Positions 8,237 through 16,225 of a DNA stretch of 32,000 bases are shown here, piece by piece. Under the pieces are notes generated by a model. The model did not search any database and was not told the origin of the DNA. It saw only the letters and a program-made list of their open reading frames with translations. How positions within the stretch are numbered: position 1 is the stretch's first letter; each line of letters opens with the position of its first letter. The stretch is from the NCBI GenBank assembly GCA_030668875.1, contig DAOVER010000019.1, forward strand, positions 26,651-58,650, in the 5' to 3' direction. Position numbers and translations under genes: made by a program. This DNA is from Candidatus Heimdallarchaeota archaeon (GTDB lineage Archaea > Asgardarchaeota > Heimdallarchaeia > Heimdallarchaeales > Heimdallarchaeaceae).

Positions 8237-8746
8237 ATGTTTGATAATCTAGAGCTACCTTCAGGTATGGTCGATTATTTAATTTCAATAACACCAATTC
8301 TAGGAATATCTGGGACATTGGATAATTACACAATGTTTGTTTTTAGAAAATATTTTGCACTGTCTGATAACAAATTAATAGTCCATTTTGAAAATTCAGA
8401 TATCCCAGAAACGATGAGTTTGAACATTCTTCGTAAAGGAGAAGATAACACAATACTCTCTGGACATAAAAATGAGAGACTAGACCAGAACCGTTTAGAA
8501 ACTTCTAATGTACTTAAAAATCCATATTATGTGCATTCTGTGATAACCTTTGAAGTAGAGCTTGAAGAAAAGTTAGATTATCAAGGAAATGAAACATTGG
8601 CAATATATGAAGTAGTAGCAGCGTTGGGAGTTGCGGGATTAGATCCTACATTTAATGATAAGGTTACATTAGCAAAAACCATTGAAATAATGTCATTATC
8701 AGCTGTAGATAACTATATTATAGAGCGAAAAATAGAAAATTGTTGA
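8237..8746 (+). CDS. Hypothetical protein, first gene of a coupled three-gene cluster
   Basis: 169-aa ATG ORF whose stop abuts the next start. No family recognised. Confidence 0.6.
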   Translation: MFDNLELPSGMVDYLISITPILGISGTLDNYTMFVFRKYFALSDNKLIVHFENSDIPETMSLNILRKGEDNTILSGHKNERLDQNRLETSNVLKNPYYVHSVITFEVELEEKLDYQGNETLAIYEVVAALGVAGLDPTFNDKVTLAKTIEIMSLSAVDNYIIERKIENC

Positions 8747-9118
8747 GTGAATCTAATGCCTACTCGAAGCAGCAAGAAATACGTGAAATATGAGCTTAGC
8801 TATGACCAAAAAAGAAAACTCCTCAAACTTTCATCGAAGTACAATATTGATCCAGAAAACATTATTTTGATTATTGAAGGATTCTTTGATGAATGGTCTG
8901 AAAATACTACTAATATCAGATGGGAGACTGTTCTAATTTACTTGAACACTAAGATACTTGCAAAGCGAATAAACGATATGGCAGATGAAATTGTTGAAAT
9001 AAAAAAGAGGAACAATATAGAGAAAAAGATGCAAGTTGAATATGAAGATGATTATCTAGCATTGATAGAACTAGGTAAAGCGCTTGAATCTTTAACGAAA
9101 ATTGGTGATAAGTCATGA
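8747..9118 (+). CDS. Hypothetical protein, possible ribbon-helix-helix-like N-terminus
   Basis: GTG directly after the upstream TGA (alternative ATG 8756). ATGA overlap with the next gene. Confidence 0.6.
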   Translation: MNLMPTRSSKKYVKYELSYDQKRKLLKLSSKYNIDPENIILIIEGFFDEWSENTTNIRWETVLIYLNTKILAKRINDMADEIVEIKKRNNIEKKMQVEYEDDYLALIELGKALESLTKIGDKS

Positions 9119-9537
9119 AGAAAAAGCAAAATTTCAATGTTCATATTCCTGATACGATTTCAGAGCAAATAGATAACATAGAAAATATTGTAGATAATTT
9201 TCTTTCAAATTACATGTATCTTGAAAATGTTGAACTAGACGATTTAACCAATGAAGAGAATCTAGAAAAAGAATTCAACAAGTTATCTGAAGAATTCAAC
9301 AAAATAAGTCAAACTTATGGCAAACTGCGTCAAGAACATGGTGTTCTGAACTTCCATGGTAATGAGCTTTTTAGTAGAAACACTTTAACTGGACTAAAAC
9401 TTGGATTAGTTATGGGCAAGCTTGAAAGAGCGAAATCAATCTGGGGAGATCAGTTATCATTAGATTATAATGCTGCAAAAGAGTTAATACAGTATTTCTT
9501 TGAAAGGTATCTTAAGAAAAGTGAAGATGATGACTAA
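9115..9537 (+). CDS. Hypothetical helical, coiled-coil-rich protein
   Basis: ATGA start/stop overlap with the previous gene and GGTGA upstream. No family recognised. Confidence 0.6.
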   Translation: MKKKQNFNVHIPDTISEQIDNIENIVDNFLSNYMYLENVELDDLTNEENLEKEFNKLSEEFNKISQTYGKLRQEHGVLNFHGNELFSRNTLTGLKLGLVMGKLERAKSIWGDQLSLDYNAAKELIQYFFERYLKKSEDDD

Positions 9538-11033
9538 TTCTCAATTGAATTAATCTTTTCATCAGATTGTTCTTTGTTTTTACTCTTCTTTTGTTTTATT
9601 TTCTTTCTGCTTTTTTCCACACCATTTTCTTTATCTTCCTTCAATCTAGGAGAACGAAAAGCCATTCTAAGAAGTATTGGTGTTAGAAACACAGTTACTA
9701 GTACAATTAATATTGTAATTGAATATAAATCTCCAGCAAGTGTTTGAATTTCAGACGAGAATTTAGCAGCTTCTGCTATCCCTATAGCAGCAATAATTAA
9801 TGTAATTTCACCTTTAGGCATCATCCCTAAAGAGATTTTTCCGGAAGAAATGATATTTGGTTTGATAGTAGTTTCCCATTTAATTTCTTTCTTCATAGAA
9901 CTCTTTTCTTGATCTTCTTGGTCTGAAGAATTGGATTTACTACGAACTTTTTTGATTGATAATGCCAATCTATCTTTTAGTGGGTTAGTAGAAAACATCG
10001 CTCCTGTGAAAGACCCGATCATTTTAGCAAGAATAACTAATGGAATTATTACCAAGTAGACATAATTGAATTCATCTAGAATGAAAGAACTACCAACAGA
10101 GAAAAAGAATAGAGGTATTAGAGACCCTTCTCCGAATTTTATGAAGGTTTCGAGAGGTTCATTCATCATAAATTTAATTCTTTGCATACCGATTCCTAAA
10201 AGAAACGCACCTATAGCGGCAGATATTCCTAAAAATTCTGCGAAGAAGGATATAATTAGTAACAAACCAAAAAGTATTCCTACAAACAAATAACTTGTTG
10301 AAGATACAGAAAATACTCTGAATCTATTTTCGAGAAATTCAATTAGTTTTGGTAAAAGATAAAGGATGAATATCGTCAATAATACTATGAATCCTACTTG
10401 GATTAATACATCCCATAGAAGACCTAAACCTGTTCCGGATGTACCTGAAAATACAATACCTGATACAATAAGAAGTAATAACATAGCTAAGAAATCATCA
10501 AAAACAGCTAGACTGAGTAGTGTTTGCCCTTCTTTCGAATTAAGTTTCTTCATGTTACTAAGTGTTCGAACTGTTGTTCCGATACTAGTAGGAACGAAGA
10601 TTAGTGCAAAGAAAGCTGCAACACCTATATTTCTTTCACCAAAAATTGCTCCGATTAAGAAATAACCCACTAGTAACCCTAATCCATAAGTTATTGTTAC
10701 ATCTGTAAAAGAAATCAAAATATTCCGTTTTCCAGCCTTTTTTAACTCTGAAGTTTTAATTTCTGATCCCACGATAAACAGTAACAGTAGAATACCTACT
10801 TGAGCAAATGGCTCTATTCCTTCAGCCATGTCTATAAAACTAAATGTGAAATTTTCACCTATACTAAATTCATCTATGCCAAACAAAATAAAAATTGGTC
10901 CTCCTAATACTAAACCTGAGAGCAGTTCTCCAATTATTGAAGACAAATGTATTTTCTCAAAAATTTCTCCGAAAATTCTTGCAAGAAAAATTGCAACCCC
11001 AATGTAAAGAAATAGAATAAAATGAAAACTCAA
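9534..11033 (-). CDS. Cation:proton antiporter, CPA2 (KefB/GerN-like), with charged internal insertion and basic tail
   Basis: About 13 hydrophobic segments, SSIIGELLSG, GILLLLFIVG, PTSIGTT, AVFDDF, IGAFLLG, PLFFFSVG, GMMPKGE. TTG start with GGAGGGG upstream. Confidence 0.9.
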   Translation of the reverse strand: MSFHFILFLYIGVAIFLARIFGEIFEKIHLSSIIGELLSGLVLGGPIFILFGIDEFSIGENFTFSFIDMAEGIEPFAQVGILLLLFIVGSEIKTSELKKAGKRNILISFTDVTITYGLGLLVGYFLIGAIFGERNIGVAAFFALIFVPTSIGTTVRTLSNMKKLNSKEGQTLLSLAVFDDFLAMLLLLIVSGIVFSGTSGTGLGLLWDVLIQVGFIVLLTIFILYLLPKLIEFLENRFRVFSVSSTSYLFVGILFGLLLIISFFAEFLGISAAIGAFLLGIGMQRIKFMMNEPLETFIKFGEGSLIPLFFFSVGSSFILDEFNYVYLVIIPLVILAKMIGSFTGAMFSTNPLKDRLALSIKKVRSKSNSSDQEDQEKSSMKKEIKWETTIKPNIISSGKISLGMMPKGEITLIIAAIGIAEAAKFSSEIQTLAGDLYSITILIVLVTVFLTPILLRMAFRSPRLKEDKENGVEKSRKKIKQKKSKNKEQSDEKINSIEN

Positions 11034-11095
11034 TCAATACCCCTCCTTGAAATAATGAGGTTCAGAATATTGTAAGTGGGTTTTTGAAATAACAT

Positions 11096-11584
11096 TTAAT
11101 CATCCTCTTTGGCATCACAAGCGCAATCCCAAGATTCTTTAACTTGTGCAAGTATGTCCATAAGAGAAATTACACCCAAGATTGGACCTTTTCTCTCCTT
11201 AACTCTTGGAAGAAAAACTACATCATAACTATCCATTATGCTAGCGATTACCAATACTGAATCATCATCACTAACTGTTGGTAATTGTCTTTTTGCTAAA
11301 TCAAAAGCTGTCATGCAGGTTAATACGCGTGACCTTAACAAAGCATCATGAAGATCCGTCTTTCTTTTTTGAAGAAGTGGAAGAATATCCTTAATTGTCA
11401 ATATTCCGATGTATTTATCCTTCTCGTCAGTAACAATTGTAATGGGAGATGATTGTTCTAGAAAACTGTTGATAAGATCAATACAACTTATATCCTCACT
11501 AACCGTTGAAACCTCATGAATAGGAAAATTCTCTGCTTTCATGTCACGAATTTCTGCAAACATATCCTCTAAAGTTTGGTCCAT
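11096..11584 (-). CDS. Stand-alone CBS-pair (Bateman module) protein
   Basis: CBS-like segments IVTDEKDKYIGILTIKDIL, LPTVSDDDSVLVIASIM and ILGVISLMDIL. Paralog of 12969-13475. Confidence 0.8.
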   Translation of the reverse strand: MDQTLEDMFAEIRDMKAENFPIHEVSTVSEDISCIDLINSFLEQSSPITIVTDEKDKYIGILTIKDILPLLQKRKTDLHDALLRSRVLTCMTAFDLAKRQLPTVSDDDSVLVIASIMDSYDVVFLPRVKERKGPILGVISLMDILAQVKESWDCACDAKEDD

Positions 11585-11713
11585 AAGCTGTAATATGGTT
11601 GATAAAGATAAATCTTACTGAACGTCGAAATGATATTAATAGTCTATATTTCAAATATAGATTTAATCGTTTGATGCTGACTGTTGATTTTCATAAGTAG
11701 CAATTGTACCTTG

Positions 11714-12976
11714 TTAATCACTTTTACTAGTTAGTTCTCCTAGTTTCTCAATAGTCTCGCTCATTTCTCCCTCCGTAGTAGGTTTCGGTTTTTCTCTAAA
11801 TACGAGTTTAAGAAGTAAGGGTGTTACTAAGACTGTAATTAATACAAGCAATATTGCCATTGAAAAGATATCTTGTGAAAATATTCCGTTCAGAAGACCT
11901 ATCTCTGCAATAATTATGACAATTTCAGCTCTTGGCATCATACCAACTGCTAGCTGTGTAGCCTCTTGAGGTTTAAATCCTGTAAATGATGATCCAACAA
12001 ATACTCCTATAGCCTTTGCGCCAATTGCTATTGGTATAATTAACAGATTTGCTAAAGTGAATATTCCCCAGTCGAGTTGAAAAGTAGCTCCAACCGTGAA
12101 GAAGAAGAGTGGAATAAATATACCGTTACCCATTTTTACAAAAGTTTCTTTAATTTCCTTAACTATTATTGTATTTCGCTGAATTGAAAGACCAAAGAGA
12201 AATGCAATAATTGCTCCTGAAAAACCTAAGAAACTTGCAAAGAATGATAAGGAAACTATTAATGCAAAAATCAATCCAATTGAAAAATATTGAGTAGATG
12301 AACGAGAGAAAATGTTAAATCTTTTCTCTAAGAACTTGAATACTTGCGGGATAATAATTACTACACCAACAATAAATAGCGCTAAATATAGGATTTCAAG
12401 CCAAGGATTTACTTCAGGATTTGGGAATAATGTTCCTCCTAAAACAAGAACGAGAATTAATGCTAGAAAATCATCTAGAACTGCTACTGAAAGAACAGCT
12501 CTTCCTACCTTTGAATCTAGTTTTCCTAAATTACTTAGAGTCCGAACTGTAACTCCAATACTAGTTGCTGTAAACAATAACCCAAAGAAAAGTGCAGTTC
12601 TATAATCCTGTTCAAGTAAAAAGTAGCCTGTAAGAAATCCTCCAGCTAAAGCTATTAGAACTTCTGTAATTGATATTGTAAGACATTGTTTACCTATTTT
12701 CCGTAAATCCTTAATATTTATCTCTAATCCAACAATGAATAATAGTAAAAGTATACCAATTTGAGAAAATTGCTGTAATGATTCTGCGTTCATGAAGAAC
12801 GAAGCATCTACTCCAATCAAAATGAAAAGTGGACCTCCTATTAGTATCCCTGCAACTAACTCTCCAATAATTGCGGATAATTTTAACCTCTCGAAAATTT
12901 CTCCAAATAATCTTGCCGCGAAAAGACCTATACCTATGAATAATAGAATATGGGTGATTTCGAGACTTTCAACCAT
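11714..12976 (-). CDS. Cation:proton antiporter, CPA2 family
   Basis: SAIIGELVAG, GILLLLFIVGLE, ATSIGVT, AVLDDF, PLFFFTVG, GMMPRAE. ATG 12976 has GGTGA upstream and overlaps the CBS stop by 8 nt. Confidence 0.9.
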   Translation of the reverse strand: MVESLEITHILLFIGIGLFAARLFGEIFERLKLSAIIGELVAGILIGGPLFILIGVDASFFMNAESLQQFSQIGILLLLFIVGLEINIKDLRKIGKQCLTISITEVLIALAGGFLTGYFLLEQDYRTALFFGLLFTATSIGVTVRTLSNLGKLDSKVGRAVLSVAVLDDFLALILVLVLGGTLFPNPEVNPWLEILYLALFIVGVVIIIPQVFKFLEKRFNIFSRSSTQYFSIGLIFALIVSLSFFASFLGFSGAIIAFLFGLSIQRNTIIVKEIKETFVKMGNGIFIPLFFFTVGATFQLDWGIFTLANLLIIPIAIGAKAIGVFVGSSFTGFKPQEATQLAVGMMPRAEIVIIIAEIGLLNGIFSQDIFSMAILLVLITVLVTPLLLKLVFREKPKPTTEGEMSETIEKLGELTSKSD

Positions 12977-13475
12977 CAATTTCACCGTTTCGAACTACAT
13001 TATATTGTTGTTTAATTTCTCTACATTTTAAGATCAAATCTTTTTGTAAGATAACCCCTTGTAATTCTGATTCCTTTTTTGAGATTGCTCTTGGAAGAAA
13101 ATTCGTCTCATATTTCAACATTAATTCTGCAATTTCTGATAGTTTAGTATCATCATAAATATATGGGAGATGAGTTTTTGCTAAATCACATGCTCTAGTG
13201 GTAGATAGCATTTGACTTCTAGAAAAAGCAGTACGAATATCTAAATGCTTAGGTAAGAAAAGTGCAAGAAGATCTCTTAGTGTAATGAACCCTCCTGATA
13301 TGCGCTTTAGGTTGATAACATGAACTATGTGTGGTTCTTGATCAAGAATCACAGTAAATATATCAAAACATTCAGTATCTTCTATTATAGTTTTAATCGG
13401 TTTTAATGGGAAATTCGAAGCTTCTATTTTACTTAGTCCGGTGAGTAAATCTTGGAAAGAAATATCCTTATCCAT
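12969..13475 (-). CDS. Stand-alone CBS-pair protein
   Basis: GGFITLRDLL, LPYIYDDTKLSEIAELM and LQGVILQKDL. Shares AxNFP, EDxxCxD, DLAKxxLP and FLPR with 11096-11584. Confidence 0.75.
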   Translation of the reverse strand: MDKDISFQDLLTGLSKIEASNFPLKPIKTIIEDTECFDIFTVILDQEPHIVHVINLKRISGGFITLRDLLALFLPKHLDIRTAFSRSQMLSTTRACDLAKTHLPYIYDDTKLSEIAELMLKYETNFLPRAISKKESELQGVILQKDLILKCREIKQQYNVVRNGEIDG

Positions 13476-13584
13476 GCAAACACAAAGTTAAGAGTTAATT
13501 ATATGTTTTGTTATAAAGGATTAAGGGGAAAACTAGTCCTTACTAAAAAAACAAAAACTGTAGTTACGTCCTATTACGATATTT

Positions 13585-15002
13585 CTACTTCTTCCTCTTC
13601 CATTTGCTTTTCAATGATTTCCTTGGTCGTTCATCTAGCACTCGTTCATAGGTATCTTCTGTGAGCTTCAATTCTTCAATTTTGTGCGCATCTTCTTCTG
13701 ATCCTTGTTGAATACTACTTATTGTTCCTCGATAAAGAGTTGCTTTTGCTACATGTAGCTGTTCAATTTTTCCTCCTACTTCCCCAGCTCGATGTATGGC
13801 CCATTTAACAAGTAAAGGACCTATAATTTGAACTATGATAATTGTTCCAGTGATAGTTGTTACAACTAAGTTTGCTTGCTGGTGAACAGCTTCTCCGTAA
13901 ATAGATGCTGGAAAATCATTGAAAATCTTAACAGCTAAACCAAGTGCAACCCTGCTTGACTGAATAAACATAAACCCAGATACCTCTGTATTTCCTTTGG
14001 GCTTTTCACTGCTAGTGCTGTTAAACTTACTGCTCCAACTTTACCCAAGGTTCTTCCAACTAGATAAATTGCACCTACACCACCAATTAGAAGTAAATCG
14101 GCTGGGTTCATTCTAAATCCGACAAGTATGAAGAAAACTGCTACGACAGGACCCCCAATTTTGTATATATCATGAAAAAATTTTTGTGTTTCTTTATCGG
14201 TTCTTTTCGAAACAGAAACGATAATAATTCCAAATACCATAGCTGCAAGAATCGCAGATGAACCTATTACAATTGACAAACCAAGAACGACTATCAGAGA
14301 ACCTAGAGTAACTACTATAGATTCTCCATGACCTTTAACACGATTTATTGCTAGGGTTATAACAAATCCAAAAACAATTCCGATACCTATAGCTGCTCCT
14401 GCTTCAAGACCAAATTCAGCAAGTATATGCCATACACTGATATCTCCAACTATTTGTCCTTTGGTAATATTTGTTGTAATTTGAACTAATAAAATCGCTA
14501 TGATGTCATCTATAGCTAAAATAAATAATACCGCTTGCGTTAAAGGACCCGAAGCCTTATACTCCCATAAAACATCAGCTGTTGCAGCGGGTGCTGTTGC
14601 ACTCGCAAGAGCCCCTAAGATAGCTGCAAAATTCCAGCTTAAAATCCCAGATGCACCCACTAAAACTGTTACGATTGCGAATGTTCCAAGACTGTCTGCA
14701 AGAAGAATTAAAACCATTTTTTTATCTATTTTCCTTAATTCTTTCCAACTTAATTCAGCTCCAATGTTAAAACCAATGAAACCCAAAGCTATAGTAGTTA
14801 ATGTTGGTGTCACTGAATTAATGAAAGATTCTGATATGAACGTTTGCCAATATCTATTCGGAAGTCCTATTAGAAAACCTGAGAGAATAAATTCTAGGAC
14901 TTGAGGGACATGAATCTTTTTTAGTAATTATGCTCCAGCAAATCCTACTACTAAAATTGAACCAATTTCTACTATTATCAGCCCTATATTTACATCACTC
15001 AT
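13585..15002 (-). pseudogene. Disrupted cation:proton antiporter gene (about 472 aa if repaired)
   Basis: ATG at 15002 gives MSDVNIGLIIVEIGSILVVGFAGA, then an in-frame TAA (14928-30), then LLKKIHVPQVL...TPTLTT. A 1-nt deletion in the G-run at 13950-52 breaks QAG|VALGLA. The ORF track splits this gene into two pieces. Confidence 0.85.
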
Positions 15003-15139
15003 TAGCTGAATATGTCAAATCATTTGATTATTTAATTCTTATCATAGTTATACTTATCGAGAAATAGTTGTACTAAACCTCATACTAATAATAAGCTTTT
15101 CAAGGTTAAGTTTAAAAATCTCCCTTTTTCTTTAAATTC

Positions 15140-15973
15140 ATGAGTTCTGAATTTGAGAATATAGCAACTACGCTTTTCATTCAAGTTGGAGAAGGTGGAG
15201 AAGATAAAATTCGTGTTCTTTACTATGAACCTGAAGGAATAATCAAAGATACTGTTGTCTTAATACCAGGTTTTGGTTCTTTACCCTCTGCTTGGGATAT
15301 CTTTCTAAATGAAATGAAGGAAAATTATCGAATTTATGTTATAGAAACAAGAGAAAAGTATACTGCTGAATTAAGAAAGAAACCAGAATTACATGAGAAA
15401 AGATTTGCACAAGATATTGCTGATACAATAGACTATTTGATGCTCGAAGATTATCTTATTGTAGTCTCATCTATGAGCGCAGCTTTCGTTTTAGTTGCAC
15501 TGAGTATGCATCTCATAAAACCTAGAAGAACCTATTTGGTAGGACCAGTCAGAAAGGTAGAGATTCCTAGTTATGCTTGGCCATTTGCATACATAGCTAT
15601 TGGTCCTGTTTGGTATTTGATACTAAAACCTTTGATTAAATTTTGGCTCAAATATGTTTATCTTGATCGAACTCAAAAGGAACAAGCAAAGAAATATTTT
15701 GGCTACTTCGACAGTTACAATGCTCCCCGAGTTAGAAAAAGTATACTCACTATGAAAAAATTCAGATTAATTGATGAGGATTTAAACAAGATAGACGCAA
15801 AATGCATCTTGATAGGGGCTGAAAAAGATAAAGCTCATGCTGCTGATATCACAATAAATGTTGGGAAAGCAATTAAAGACTCTGAATATTATGATCTGGA
15901 AACAAATATTGCTACTCACAGTACACCTTTTGTTGAACTTATAGAAGAATTAGAGAGCAAAGCAAAGAAGTAA
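15140..15973 (+). CDS. Alpha/beta-hydrolase fold protein with non-canonical nucleophile elbow
   Basis: VVLIPGFGS oxyanion segment, VSSMSA at the GxSxG position, LIGAEKD acid and THS histidine. Confidence 0.75.
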   Translation: MSSEFENIATTLFIQVGEGGEDKIRVLYYEPEGIIKDTVVLIPGFGSLPSAWDIFLNEMKENYRIYVIETREKYTAELRKKPELHEKRFAQDIADTIDYLMLEDYLIVVSSMSAAFVLVALSMHLIKPRRTYLVGPVRKVEIPSYAWPFAYIAIGPVWYLILKPLIKFWLKYVYLDRTQKEQAKKYFGYFDSYNAPRVRKSILTMKKFRLIDEDLNKIDAKCILIGAEKDKAHAADITINVGKAIKDSEYYDLETNIATHSTPFVELIEELESKAKK

Positions 15974-16170
15974 ACTTGAATAATATCAACAGCAACTCAT
16001 GGTAATCCTATTCCAATACTAATGTAGATTTTTTTTTGGAAAACAAAAAAACCACTGAACAAGAATATAATTTTATTTTTCCAAAATGGAGAAAGTATTT
16101 AAGTTTCCAATCTAAAAGTAACGAGATAAAAAGCTTAAATAACAGCTTCAACACCTAGTTTGATTAGTTT

Positions 16171-16204
16171 ACTTTATCACACTCAAATATATATTTGATA
16201 AAGT
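16171..16204. promoter_or_regulatory. Nested inverted repeats around a TATA-like core upstream of the TPR gene
   Basis: ACTTTATCA(16171-79)/TGATAAAGT(16196-204) and the perfect 16-bp palindrome TCAAATATATATTTGA (16183-98). GGAGG at 16214-18 precedes ATG 16226. Confidence 0.4.
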
Positions 16205-16225
16205 GTAAGTACCGGAGGATAAGAG

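Noticed and set aside
7745-9537. Prophage or integrated element around the orphan ORFs
   Set aside because: No integrase, transposase, att-like repeat, tRNA target or obvious composition shift.
13585-15002. Programmed recoding (Sec/Pyl readthrough or frameshifting) of the third antiporter
   Set aside because: The stop is TAA, not TGA or TAG. Two independent lesions would both need rescue, and there is no slippery heptamer at the shift.
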